A stretch of DNA of 64,000 nt from Octopus vulgaris. Its lineage: Eukaryota. Below, piece by piece: positions 14,980 to 28,454 of the stretch. Under the pieces are notes generated by a model. It was not told the DNA's origin. It saw only the letters and a list, made by a program, of their open reading frames with translations, and ran no database searches. A program made the translations under genes and the position numbers. Location: contig OX597814.1 in NCBI GenBank assembly GCA_951406725.2, positions 69,068,001 through 69,132,000 on the forward strand. The letters are read 5' to 3'. Every line of letters begins with the position of its first letter. Positions within the stretch are counted from its first letter, which is position 1.

Positions 14980-16008
14980 AAGAAGAAGAAGAAGAAGAAG
15001 AAGAAGAAGAAGAAGAAGAAGAAGAAGAAGAAGAAGAAGAAGAAGAAGAAGAAGAAGAAGAAGAAGAAGAAGAAGAAGAAGAAGAAGAAGAAGAAGAAGA
15101 AGAAGAAGAAACAAAAGCTATAAAACAAATGAAATCCAAACCAAAACTAGAACAGCAACAGACCATGATAAAAGCCCCTTGATGGTAAATACTGGGCTAA
15201 ACTAGATGCAAAAGAAATAGACAGAGAAAAATCACAGCAATGGTTGAGAAGCTCAGGACTCAAAGCAGAAACAGAGGGATTTTTAATTGCAGCACAAGAC
15301 CAAAGCCTCCCCACCAGAAATTACCAAAAACATATAATAAAAAGTAACTGCAGAATATGTGGAGATGGACAAGAGACAATAAATCATATTATCTCTGGCT
15401 GCCCAGTCCTGGCTATGAAGGAATATATTCAGACACGACAGACTTAGGACCAACATACAATGGAAGCTATGCCAACACTATGGAATAACAAAAGAAAAAA
15501 GATGGTATAAGCACACAGCAGAAAAGGTCACAGAAAACGAGAAAGCAACCATACTCTGGGATATGCCAATACACACAGATAGAGAAATTAAGGCCAATAG
15601 GCCCGATATAGTTGTCAAAGATAATGAAGGAAAAAATGCTTTCTAATTGACGTATCAATACCAGCAGATGACAACCTTTCTCTAATATAAATGGAGAAAC
15701 TTTCAAAATACAACGACTTGGAAATAGAAGTAACTCGAATGAGGAATCAAAAAACAGAAACAGTCCCTATCATAGTGGGCGCATTAGTTATGTTTAAAAA
15801 ATATTCAGACATAAAAAAACACCAGGACTTACAACTATATACAACATACAGAAACTTGCACTACTGGGCACTGCACACATCCTGCGCAAAACACATCCAA
15901 TACAGTAACCATAAGATCATCACAGCAACCCACAGCACATACCCAAGGTGCACAGAGCCTGCGCTCGGTAGTGAAGTAAAAGCACGTTATAAAAATAAAA
16001 CTACTGAA
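14402..16008 (+). mobile_element. 5'-truncated R4/Dong copy (same family as 1540-2717) with an internal (GAA)n expansion
   Basis: MKEKIKKEY..RMHHPKSDIERLY..GGRGL; GLKAETEGFLIAAQDQ; 3' UTR matches 2616-2717. Confidence 0.88.
14950..15109 (+). repeat. (GAA)n microsatellite inside a retrotransposon ORF
   Basis: Seen directly. Confidence 0.95.
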
Positions 16009-16465
<457 letters not shown>

Positions 16466-17187
16466 GGACCACCTAATCTCTGGATGTAAAGGGACCACCT
16501 AATCTCTGGATGTAAAGTCTTAGCACCAGTGGAATATAAATTAAGACATGACAGAGTTGGCCAATATCTCCACTGGCTAATAAGTCGGCATTACAATATC
16601 AAAACTGCCGACAAGTGGTATAATCACCACCCTGAGGCTGTAACTGAAGGAGAAAATATAACCATTCTGTGGGACTTTCCAGTACATACAGACCGAACCA
16701 TCAAGGCCAATAAACCAGATATTTTTGTGAAAGACCAAAACAATAAAGTTTGCTTATTGATCGACATGAGCATCCCCTGTGATCATAATATCTCAGCGAA
16801 AGAGTTTGACAAGCTCAGAAAATATAAAGACCTACTCATTGAAATTGAGAAAATGTGGCATCTCAAGGCGGTTACAATACCAGTGATCGTAGGAGCATTA
16901 GGAATGATCAAGAAGGGAACCGAAAATTATATGAGAATGATCCCTGGCTTACCATCCCTGCAAGAAGTGCAAAAGATTGTCTTAACTGGTACATCACACG
17001 TATTGAGAAGAGCATTGTCGATGTGAGAACTGTTGCTGCTCATGTATTTTAATTTAACTTAAAAAAAAAAAAAAAATGAACGAACTACTGAGTTTGGTTT
17101 AATGGCCTACCTGAGTTTCTTTGCCCTAGGAGTCGGGAGGACACTCGGCAAGAAATGGAAGCAAATTTGAAAGAAGAAAAAAAAAAA

Positions 17188-17188
<1 letters not shown>
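16466..17188 (+). mobile_element. 5'-truncated copy of the 2926-6868 family with an intact RLE frame
   Basis: Nearly identical to 6161-6868; ORF 16529-17026. Confidence 0.93.
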
Positions 17189-17226
<38 letters not shown>

Positions 17227-17229
17227 TTA

Positions 17230-17274
<45 letters not shown>

Positions 17275-17281
17275 GTAATAC

Positions 17282-17354
<73 letters not shown>

Positions 17355-17357
<3 letters not shown>

Positions 17358-18400
17358 AGGCAGCAGTTTGAATCTCCTTATGTCCTGATCGATGATACAT
17401 CTAGTGATGGTATCACAATAAAAACACTGGTAACTGCGCAACTTGATAATCGTTACCTCATTTGAGTGACAATGAAAAACAAAATATTATGAGTAACAGT
17501 GGTAATGAAACCGAAGCCCTTTGATGATGATAGTGCTGCAACCGGAAGGTTCAGAGATACTGGTCCGACTCCAGCCTGTCGTTATCCAGCAATAGACCAG
17601 CACTCACAGCGTTGATGGAACAAACAAGTCAATGCTGTGGTTAGGGAGTGCTACTACCTGAGCAACCCTATAGATGAAAATGATGCTCAAATTAGGGGAT
17701 ACCGACGACGTATGTATGATCAACGGAGGGAAGGGGGATTGTTTCAACTCACGGAACAGAGATTATGTGATCAAGCTAGAGTAATAAGAAAAAATCGTTG
17801 GTTCACAGAAGTAGAGCTCGAAGCTATCAAATGACGGGTATTGGAAAACAGCAGCAGAAAAACAATGAAAATACAGTTCTTACTGATAAAAGTAACCTCA
17901 TAGCAGAAAACAGATGTGAGATATCTAATAAACCACAGCAAAGAACAGTGATAGCTTGCTCTATGAGAAACATATAGATGGTCTGGAAGAAGACAATAAA
18001 ACTAATGGTGACTAATGGGCAGAAGGCAATCAATGACAGAATAAAGGCAAGGCTACTGGAGAACGAGAGCGACATTATTTGCAGCTTTAAAAAGGCTGAT
18101 TGGTGGAAATCGAACAAAGAAATGAAAAATGTAACTGAAATTCTGAAATACATCAGAACTTGATCAAGGTAGCAAGCATTGTTGTAGCAGAAAATGTGGG
18201 CGTTGATGTCAAGAAAAAGGGAGTGACAAAAGAAAACATCCATGGTAGAAAAGAAGAATACAGGTGAGGTTAGATATGCTCTCGAAGGACATTTCTGTGT
18301 TAGACCGAAAAGAGAAGGGGGAGCTTGAAAGCGAACAAAACTACAGGGTACTGAACAGGAAGTATGATATTGAAAGAAAGGGCCCGAAATGCATAATTTT
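17355..18400 (+). mobile_element. Decayed 5' part of an R4/Dong-type element
   Basis: [36 protein letters not shown] matches the N-terminal domain of this clade; boundaries approximate. Confidence 0.7.
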
Positions 18401-18672
18401 GAGAAGAACCACCCTCCGATCGCTCCTCTTCTGTTAATAAATACATTTAACAGAAATTCTATCAAATGACGTGAGTTTAAACAAATATATTGAAATAAAT
18501 CCAGCAATCAATCACAATTTAATTATCTAGAGCTTCTAAATATCCAATGTTTTGAGTTGTCCTTTTATTGGTGTATACATGAAAAGATTTCGGGGACTTC
18601 CATCTCGTGAACATCCTACATATGATTGCCCATGAGAGAAGCAAGGTGAAGTCCAACAACCTTGAGATTTGT

Positions 18673-19060
18673 TTATTGACATGGGAACCGAAACAGTTTA
18701 AATCCAAAAGGAAGGTCATATGGGATTAACGGAATCCGTGGAATGAAGATATCCTCATACTTATAGTTCCCAGACATAACTGTTGTCTCTAGGATATGGG
18801 GTCGCATTGCTTTCACCACCAGTCTGGTGCCATTGCACAGGCGAAGTGGATCCAGATTCTTGAGCAGCATGATTGTGGCCCCCTTTTTAAGTGTTAAATG
18901 GTGAGGTGGCATCCCAGATGTTTGCAGATAGTTCAGGAACTCAGTTGGAAAAACTACAACCTGGTCCTGATCAATGACAGTATCGAAGAATCTGAAATAC
19001 TGTTCTTGTCTTGGCAACAGCTGTAAGAGATCCTAGTTGCTTTTATCGACAGCATCATGA
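18673..19060 (-). pseudogene. PIF1-family helicase fragment, probably Helitron RepHel
   Basis: FPTEFLN..SGMPPHHLTLKKGATIMLLKNL..LCNGTRL..FIPRIPLIP is the conserved C-terminal part of PIF1/Helitron helicases. Confidence 0.85.
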
Positions 19061-20779
19061 CGTGGAGCTGAAATGACTTGCACACAGAGCCATTGACTGT
19101 TGCTAAAGATTTGTGCAATGTTTGGGAGCACATGCATTATGAGATCATTGACCACCCCACCAGCGATTTCGCCATCCATAGAGGGCACACATATATACAG
19201 TTGAGGCCAAAATGTTCAGAACGGCATTGTTTTCGTCAGAAAAGAAGTTATAAGTTTTTATCAAAGTTGTTTTATATTCTATAATTTTCACAGACAATAA
19301 ATATGATATTATTTGTTATTGTCTGAGATTTTTGTGTAATTTGAGAGGATAATACAAAAGTTATGGATGATTTAGTGATTTACTGCAAAACCCATGCTAG
19401 AGAAGATATCGCTAGATTATAAACGTAAATAATAGTAAGAAAACCTATCAACCCCAAAATTAAGTAAAGGTGCAAAAATATTAGAACCAAAAAACTGTAC
19501 ACTAAGAAGATGTACAATCACAATCAATAGTCCTATACAAAGCTAGTTAATAACAATAACAATAAAAAACTATAAATAAATAATAATATTACAACAACAA
19601 TGATAATAACAAGAATAAGAATAATATTTCTAAAACATAACGAAATAGAGAAACGATAAAATGTCAAACTTAGCTTTGTGAAGTGAAAGAGTAACTGATT
19701 TTTAATGTAAAAAAGTTAAAGCGTTTATAAAATTTATTGCGTGGAGACTTAGTGCAAAGAAATAGTATAAATACTCAATGAAAATGGTCAAGTTTTTTTA
19801 TCAATGAAAAATACGAAAAAACATTAAAGCCTCATGAACTAAAGAAATGTGAGAAAAAAATACAACTTATGGAGAAACTAATATGAAGACACCCAACTAA
19901 AACTAACAGACACCTATTAATATATCAATAACAAAATTAACCACAGCTAAACATTAATCCCAAAATAATACAAAATCCAAACGAAAAGGAGAAAAGAACG
20001 TTGCTAAGTTAGTTGAGAAGATATCGCTAGATTATAAACGTAAGTAATAGTTCTTAGCGTCTATAAGAAATAAAACCCGTGGAGACGTTGCGTGGAAAAA
20101 TAGTATAAAACTATAAATGAAAAAGGCTAAAAGGAATTTATTAATGAAATACGGGAATTATCTAAACTTCATGAATAAAATAAAATTAATAAAAATAGTA
20201 AAAATAGTATATTAAGTATTACTTGTTCAACAACACAACCCGGACCATACAACAAGCCGTACGCGATTATAAATATTATTATCATTAATATTATAATTAT
20301 CAACATAATTATTCACTACCAAAATCCAATCTACAACAAACTGCCAACTAACGCCAAATTAATTCACAGCCGACTATCCCCTATCATTGAACCCTACCCA
20401 TAGTCCCCAACACATGAAGCCCAAAACTCATCTCAAACTCACCATCAACAAATATTATTCGTCATTATGTTTAAAATATTAATAAAACTTATAATAAAAC
20501 AGTATATAATACTCTAATACTATTAAATAATATCTACAATAAAATAAGTAAGCCACAAAAGACAAAATAAGGTTTAATAATACTAAAGATAAGTTAAATG
20601 TAATATATAAGTACATAAAATTAAAATATCATTTAATTTAAAAGACTATTTACTATAAATTTAAAGTCTAAATAATAAGTAATCAAATCAAATACACATA
20701 TATTATGTTGAAAATAATTTATATTACTATAATATTTATTTTAAAATAATATAATTAATATAATTATTTATTTATCATT

Positions 20780-21500
20780 TAAATCTATTATAAAGGTACT
20801 TTAATTTATGTTTACATTTAATTTTACGTTCGTCCAAAGAGTTTACGAACGCACAATTGTTATGAAATATTTCCCTAAATTCGTTATTACAAAAAGAACA
20901 ACTATACTCCCTATATTATATGATTTAGCCCAACAAATAATATCCCAATTTAATTTATATTTAATAGATCTAAATTTAAGATGCCAAATATATTTACTGA
21001 GACCTGTTAAATTTATAAGATTTTTATTCCTAAAAGAATACATATGTTGGGAAATTCTATTTTTAATTTTATTCAAAGTAGACCCTATATAGATAGTATT
21101 TAAATTACGATTATTAAAATTTTATCATCTATTATAGTTACCCTACACCTATAGACTACATTATCTAAATTACAATAATTTTTCAATTTACATGTAGACT
21201 TTTCCTACATGTACAATAAATCAACTCTTGGTCTTTATTATTATAATTATAATTAATATTTAATCTATGATTATAAAATTTCTTTAATTTAAAAATATTA
21301 CACGAAGAAATAATATTACCAACATTATTTGTAGTAGAATAACCTACTCCCAAATTATCTTTAGAAAAAATATAATATTTTTATTATCTCTAATAAATAC
21401 TACAATTATATGTAAAATCTCTTTTATACGATTTGCTTTAACCTGAATCCCAAAAGGAATGATTAACCAAATTTTATTTTTGTTTATATCTTTTATATTA
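20780..21500 (-). mobile_element. Very decayed Penelope-like element, GIY-YIG region
   Basis: KNRI..H..SF..TGLSKYIWHLK..LNWDII..AKSY pattern typical of PLE endonuclease C-termini. Confidence 0.65.
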
Positions 21501-22021
21501 TGATTATAATTAATATTATTATTGTTATTACTATCATTATAATTATTATTATAACTATCATTATTATATCTATAATCATTTTCAATATTATTAAATTTAT
21601 TATCTTCATTAACTGAATTAAATTTAATCTTATTTTTATTTATATTTTTATTTATATTATTATTACTATACTTTTTATTTGTTATTCTAATATTAAATTT
21701 AAGATTTCTATCATCAAAATTCCTATTATTATTAAGACGATTATTACCTAAATAAGATTTATCATAACACAGGCGATTAAGTTTATCATTATAAAAATCA
21801 TTAAAATAATTATCTTTTAAATTAGGCGGCTAATTTATTTGTAATATTAAATTTTAAGTTAATTAGGTATTATATTATTTGATATTTAGTCAACTTTGTT
21901 ATAGATTCTTATATTTAAAGTATTTAATAATTTAAGTATTGTTTTAGTTTTCTCTTATGTATATTTAGTATTTTCATATATATATATATATATATATATA
22001 TTAGAGATAATAAAAATATTT

Positions 22022-22089
<68 letters not shown>

Positions 22090-22130
22090 TATATTTATTA
22101 ATTAATTATTTTATTGTTGTAGTTTATTTT

Positions 22131-22219
22131 TAACCTGATGAGTGACTATATTTATATCGAAGTGATTTCTCTACTACTATAATCATTTCTTAAATATAGC
22201 CACGAAACACATGTCGTTA
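22131..22219 (+). ncRNA. Type I hammerhead ribozyme motif
   Basis: TAAC CTGATGA GTGACTATATTTA..TAAATATAGCCAC GAAA CACATG TC GTTA; predicted cleavage after 22215. Confidence 0.85.
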
Positions 22220-22467
22220 TTCTACAAATTATATACGTTTTTATTATTATTTTTTTGCAATTTACTTAATCATTGACATTTTATTGTTATTTTAATTTTA
22301 ATATTTCTATTATATATAATTTTCTAGATGGTGTAATTTAATTGTTCATTTTGAATTGATAAAAGGTGTTTTTTTTCTAATTTTATATATATTATATTGT
22401 GTGCAATTTGATTTAGTGTTTCTAAATTGAATTTTTTTCATTGTAAGTTTTGGATTCTATTCCCGCA

Positions 22468-22624
<157 letters not shown>

Positions 22625-23418
22625 AAGAGAAGGCGGCTGGACGTGACAGAGGATGGACGTATTTTTGCGATGCTCTGAACTGGCAACAGCGAACCCAGCA
22701 GGTCAACTGTAGAAAACTGGAAGATCTACTGTTTTCTGTAAGTAATTTGAATTACCCTCAAAATAAGTCAAAAAAAAAACTTACATATCTACAGCTCATA
22801 CAAACGTACACCTAACAAGAAAAATTAGAAACATAAATATCTCCAATTCTGTGTGAACATTAACATTTAGTCGTCTCTCATGACTATAAGAATGTGTAAA
22901 ATTGCCTTTTAAATTACCTTTTATTGTAACAACACAATTAAATGCACGATAAAAAGTTATGGAATTAAGTACCTACTACTATATACATACAACTGAATTC
23001 AGAAATTTAAAAATATATACATAACATTGAACTCAGAAAGTTATTTAAAAAAAAAAAAAACCTTCGACGAAAACATCAGATAATATGTGTGAGTGAATAT
23101 ACATATATATACATATATATATGCATGTGGTGAAGAAGAAAAGAGAAAGGAAAAAATAAATAAATAAATAAATAAATAAATAAACGTAAACAGGTTTGAC
23201 CTTTTACTGACCATTAACGTCCTTTGTCTCCACCATCTACCGTAGCTATTTATAGACCCAAAGAACATGAATTCTTTAACCACCCATTCTCCAACACAAT
23301 GGAGTGTTGATGGTGGCTGTGGCTACACATAAAACAATGTCATTGAAGATGATGATGGTGGTGGTGATGTTGCTGATGATGGTGATGGTGGTGAAGATGA
23401 TAGTAATAACAATAATAA

Positions 23419-26400
23419 CTGACAGATCCCGTCTTTTTCCCTTTCTTTTCGTTTCCTTCTCCGTATTTTATTCTCATTATTTCGAACTAATACAGACACA
23501 GTAAGCCTTGAAGAAAGGAAGAGGAGGAAAGAAAAAAAAAAATGTCCGGAGATAAAACTATCAACAAAAAAAATACAGACGAATATAGATCTGCTAGTCT
23601 TAAGAAGCGGCGCTATGAGCAATGCTTACATGTAGTGAACCCTAAACTGACAGATCCATCTCCTAATATAAGAATGGATGCTCGTCATGCTTCAAGGTCA
23701 ACAAATCAAACAATAAACCGCATTGGTCATTGCGCGGATTACAAAAGACCACGTACCCGAAAATTGAACCAAATCCTGATTGAAAAATCAGTTACTGGAT
23801 CAAATCTTCCCAACACACAGGAGCTGGACGAACCCCACAACCGGAATATTCCAACAGATGGCCATCCATGCTCATCACCAAATAATCAAAAGAAAAAGAA
23901 GGAAAAATGGTCTAGGGAAGATAATAAAGAAGTTCTTGAGGCCTTCTACCATGCCATATATTTCCCCACAGATAAGTCTAGCACTGTACAAGCACACTTA
24001 AACTGGAGACAGAAACACCCTGAAGTAAGACCCTACATAGACAGTAACAAGCTTGCCAATGTTAGAAGAAACATTATAAAAAAGAAATTACTGACTGAAG
24101 TAGAGATTGATCAGGTTAGACAAGCAATATCGGATAAAATGAACGAAGCTGCAGCTAGAGAAGATAATACAGAGGAAATAATTATAGACCAGCCCAGGGC
24201 GGATAAAAACGAAGAGAGGATTGAAAGAGTTAGTATAAGTGATAGGCAAAGTGAAATACGCCCTGAACCAATCATAAACACTAAGACAGATGAGCATCAA
24301 ATAGATAAAGAAAGTCACACAAATATTGACCCAACAGAACTACATGAGCTAAAAAATCAAATAATGATTGAATGGCTGAAAATTAAAGAAACCAGTATGG
24401 ATGAGCGTGATACACTTCCTAAAATCCGCAACTCTAACCAAAACATGAAAATAATTGGTAAAATCCGGCTTGCACTTAAGGATATAATTTCAGTTAATGA
24501 TGTTGATATCACAAACCTCAACCACCTATACTATACATCCGCGAAAATCTCAACGATCCTATGTGGTGTAAAGATTAGAAAACGGCAACAGTCCCACAAA
24601 AAGCCTTCTTGGCAAGAGCGTCTGCAACAACAAATTAAAATATTTAGATCTGACATTGAATATTTGAAAAACCTTAAGGCTCACAAGACTACCAAACCTA
24701 CAAAAACCCAAAAATTACTGAAAAAATACAATATGAAAACTATACTTGATATTGATGCCACCATAGAAACCATCAAACAAAAGGTATCTGCCAAAGCTGC
24801 CCGCATAGCGAGGTATGAAAAGCGTGTTAGATTTTTCAAGGACAACAACATGTTCAAAAATAACACCAAGAATTTTTACAGGAAGATAGGAAAAACAGCG
24901 TTTACTTCAGGGTCTGTACCATCAAAAGAAGAAGTGCAGAGATTTTGGAATAAAATCTGGGCAGAAGAAAAAACACACAACGAAAAGGCCCCCTGGATTG
25001 ACAGAATATCTACAGAACTGGACCCCTTAGAAGAGCAAAAGTGGGAGGGTGTCATGGTAGAAGATATAAGATCTGCTCTCAGGAGGTCAAGCAAATGGAA
25101 GTCTCCAGGAAAGGATAAAATTCCTAACTTCTGGCTGAATGCCTTCCCAGAGAGCCATGAACTGCTAACAGAACTGTACAATGATGTTTTGCAACACCCT
25201 AGTAGGATGCCTCCTTGGCTAGTTAATGGGTTAACATTCCTGCTTCCAAAAAGTGAAGAAACAAATGAACCAAAAAACTATAGACCCATAACCTGCTTAA
25301 CAACTATGTACAAAACACTAACATCTGTCCTGACGGAATATACCTATAGTTTTTTAACAGACAGCAGCATATTCCCTAATGAACAGAAAGGATGTAAACG
25401 TGGATCCTACGGCTGTAAAGACCAACTACTCATCAATAAGATGATCTTAGAAGATTGTCACAAACGACACAAAAACTTATCAATAGCCTGGATAGACTAT
25501 AAAAAGGCTTTTGATAGCCTACCACATAGCTGGATTAGGAAATGCCTTGAAATGTATAAGATAGCACCAACTCTGCGAAACTTCTTGACTGTAAGTATGA
25601 GATCATGGAGAACCACACTAACTCTGAACAGTGACAGTGAATCCCTAAATGCTGGTGATGTAAAAATTTCGTGTGGCATTTTCCAGGGTGACTCACTGTC
25701 ACCACTCCTCTTCTGTTTAGCCTTAATACCTCTCTCAAAGCTGCTCAATGACGCGCAGTACGGGTATAAAATGTTTGATAAAAATATAAATCATCTCGTT
25801 TACATGGATGATTTAAAGCTTTTTGCAAAAAATGATCAACAACTCAAGGGCTTACTAGCGATAGTCAAACAATTCAGTGACGACATCAGAATGCAATTCG
25901 GCCTCGATAAATGTGCAAAGGCTACCTTTATCAAAGGAAAAATGACAGAAACATCTAACGTTAACCTTGACCAACAGAATGTCATAAAAGAACTAGACCC
26001 AGCGGAGAGCTACAAGTACCTAGGGGTAATTGAAGGGAACGGAATAAGGCATTCAGAGATGAAGGAAAGGATCAGGAGAGAATGCTATCGAAGAGTGAGA
26101 GCAATACTCAAGACAGAGCTGAATGCAAGAAACAGGATCGAAGCAATCAATGCATTAGCTATACCAGTCGTGACTTACAGTTTCAATATTGTTAACTGGT
26201 CAATTACTGAAATATGTCAGCTCGACAGAAAAATAAGGAAACTGTTGACAATGCATAGAATGCACCACCCTAAGGCAGATACAGAACGACTCTATCTGCC
26301 AAGAAAAGAGGGAGGCCGTGATCTTTTGCAACTGGCAATAACAATGAAGATTGCTACAATTGGCCTAGACACCTACCTGAAAAACTCTGAGGACTGGATG

Positions 26401-27579
26401 TTAAAACTTGTCTCAAAACATGAAAACAAGAAAGCATCATACTCAGTCACAAAACAGGCAAAGGTATATCTAAGTGAATTCCGAATACAACCAATTTCGG
26501 AATTAGAGATAGATATACAAGAAACAAGCACAGAAAAAGCTAGGCGCATGAAAACCCGTGCCAAAACTGCGGCCTTAGATATTCTGAATAATAAATGGCA
26601 AGAAAAACCTCTCTATGGCAAATACCCAAAGAGAGCGAATAATGCAGATATCGACAAAGCCCTGACCCATCAATGGCTAATGGCCTCTGGCTTAAAATCT
26701 GAAACAGAGGGGTTTATCATAGCAGCTCAAGATCAATGCCTACCAACAAGAAACTACCAGGCCAACATATTAAAGATCAGAAGCAGTCCAACGTGTCGTG
26801 TATGCAAGCAACAAAATGAAACCATTGACCATGTGGTCTCCAAGTGCAGTCTTCTAGCGCCTACAGAGTATCTCAACAGGCACGATAGAGCTGCACAATA
26901 TATTCACTGGGTAATCTGTAAAAACCTGGATTTGCCCCATGAAAAAAACTGGTGGGAACACAAACCACCCCCAGTGCTTGAAAATGACCACATCTCACTC
27001 CTCTGGAACTTCGCCATTCAAACTGACAGAAAGATAGATGCAAATAGGCCAGACATCATATTGAAAGACTTCAAACAAAGAACATGCCTCCTCATTGATA
27101 TGACTGTCCCAATCGATATAAACGTATCTGTCAAGACCTACCAAAAACTGAGCAAATATAAAGATCTTGAAATAGAAATCAGCAAAATGTGGAAACTGAA
27201 GACTAAAACAATACCTGTTGTCATAGGTGCCCTGGGAATGATAGCAAAAGGGGCTGATAGCTACCTAACTCAGATACCAGGAAACCCAAAAATGGCAGAA
27301 GTTCAAAAGATAGTGCTCATGGGAACTGCTCATATCCTACGCAAAATACTCTCTATGTAATCTCAAGGTTTAAAACAAACATAATTTTCGGTTTAAAAAA
27401 AAAAAAAAAAAAAAAAACCTTTTTTTTTTTAGACATTCATTAGTACAACATCCCCACCCCCCAAATGTATGGCACACTAGGCATAACAACAACATGAACT
27501 TTCAACCCTGTTGTCTCTTGAGGTCTCTGGGTGAGACTTGGAGCCAACTTGTACAAATATAAAGCAAAAGTCAAACATA

Positions 27580-27580
<1 letters not shown>
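23419..27580 (+). mobile_element. R4/Dong-clade non-LTR retrotransposon with an intact ORF
   Basis: Single uninterrupted ORF, short UTRs, AAT-type repeats on both sides. Confidence 0.93.
23542..27360 (+). CDS. Retrotransposon polyprotein: RT + CCHC zinc knuckle + restriction-like endonuclease (1272 aa)
   Basis: NYRPITCL, WIDYKKAFDS, GIFQGDSLSPLLF, YMDD, CRVC..ETIDHVVSKC, RHD, RPDII..LLID..KY. Confidence 0.95.
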   Translation: MSGDKTINKKNTDEYRSASLKKRRYEQCLHVVNPKLTDPSPNIRMDARHASRSTNQTINRIGHCADYKRPRTRKLNQILIEKSVTGSNLPNTQELDEPHNRNIPTDGHPCSSPNNQKKKKEKWSREDNKEVLEAFYHAIYFPTDKSSTVQAHLNWRQKHPEVRPYIDSNKLANVRRNIIKKKLLTEVEIDQVRQAISDKMNEAAAREDNTEEIIIDQPRADKNEERIERVSISDRQSEIRPEPIINTKTDEHQIDKESHTNIDPTELHELKNQIMIEWLKIKETSMDERDTLPKIRNSNQNMKIIGKIRLALKDIISVNDVDITNLNHLYYTSAKISTILCGVKIRKRQQSHKKPSWQERLQQQIKIFRSDIEYLKNLKAHKTTKPTKTQKLLKKYNMKTILDIDATIETIKQKVSAKAARIARYEKRVRFFKDNNMFKNNTKNFYRKIGKTAFTSGSVPSKEEVQRFWNKIWAEEKTHNEKAPWIDRISTELDPLEEQKWEGVMVEDIRSALRRSSKWKSPGKDKIPNFWLNAFPESHELLTELYNDVLQHPSRMPPWLVNGLTFLLPKSEETNEPKNYRPITCLTTMYKTLTSVLTEYTYSFLTDSSIFPNEQKGCKRGSYGCKDQLLINKMILEDCHKRHKNLSIAWIDYKKAFDSLPHSWIRKCLEMYKIAPTLRNFLTVSMRSWRTTLTLNSDSESLNAGDVKISCGIFQGDSLSPLLFCLALIPLSKLLNDAQYGYKMFDKNINHLVYMDDLKLFAKNDQQLKGLLAIVKQFSDDIRMQFGLDKCAKATFIKGKMTETSNVNLDQQNVIKELDPAESYKYLGVIEGNGIRHSEMKERIRRECYRRVRAILKTELNARNRIEAINALAIPVVTYSFNIVNWSITEICQLDRKIRKLLTMHRMHHPKADTERLYLPRKEGGRDLLQLAITMKIATIGLDTYLKNSEDWMLKLVSKHENKKASYSVTKQAKVYLSEFRIQPISELEIDIQETSTEKARRMKTRAKTAALDILNNKWQEKPLYGKYPKRANNADIDKALTHQWLMASGLKSETEGFIIAAQDQCLPTRNYQANILKIRSSPTCRVCKQQNETIDHVVSKCSLLAPTEYLNRHDRAAQYIHWVICKNLDLPHEKNWWEHKPPPVLENDHISLLWNFAIQTDRKIDANRPDIILKDFKQRTCLLIDMTVPIDINVSVKTYQKLSKYKDLEIEISKMWKLKTKTIPVVIGALGMIAKGADSYLTQIPGNPKMAEVQKIVLMGTAHILRKILSM

Positions 27581-27643
<63 letters not shown>

Positions 27644-27657
27644 AATATATAATAATA

Positions 27658-27688
<31 letters not shown>

Positions 27689-27689
27689 C

Positions 27690-27932
27690 TTTTACTCTTT
27701 ACTCTTTTACTTGTTTCAGTCATTTGACTGCGGCCATGCTGGAGCACCGCCTTTAGTCGAGCAAATCGACCCCGGGACTTATTCTTTGTAAGCCCAGTAC
27801 TTATTCTATCGGTCTCTTCTGCCAAACCGCTAAGTGACGGGGACGTAAATACACGAGCATCGGTTGTCAAGCAATGCTAGAGGGACAAACACAGACACAC
27901 AAACATATACGCACACACACACACACACACAT

Positions 27933-27983
<51 letters not shown>

Positions 27984-28149
27984 TACGACAGGCTTCTTTC
28001 AGTTTCCGTCTACCAAATCCACTCACAAGGTGTTGGTCGGCCCGAGGCTATAGCAGAAGACACTTGCCCAAGATGCCACGCAGTGGGACTGAACCCGGAA
28101 CCATGTGGTTGGTTAGCAAGCTACTTACCACACAGCCACTCCTGCGCCT
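27690..28149 (-). mobile_element. tRNA-derived SINE with an internal CA/TA microsatellite
   Basis: Minus-strand head GGCGCAGGAGTGGCTGTGTGGTAAG (A box) ... GGTTCAGTCCC (B box); further partial copies at 28165-28280, 28641-28797, 29106-29290 and 30390-30577. Confidence 0.85.
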
Positions 28150-28280
28150 ATTGTTCATGTTCAATCGTCCCCAAGAATTACTCTTTGTAAGCCAAGTACT
28201 TATTTTATCGGTCTCTTAACAGAGCCGCTATGTTACGGGGATGTAAGCACACCAACATCGGTTGTCAGGCGATGGCGGAA

Positions 28281-28311
<31 letters not shown>

Positions 28312-28388
28312 GGTTCAGAATATGTGGAAAGTATAAAAACTGGAAGAGAATTGCCTTTGTTTCACATAGTTTAATAATCTTTTTATAC

Positions 28389-28454
<66 letters not shown>

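Noticed and set aside
28080-28149. tRNA gene
   Set aside because: This is the tRNA-like head of a SINE, continuous with the SINE body and without a full cloverleaf
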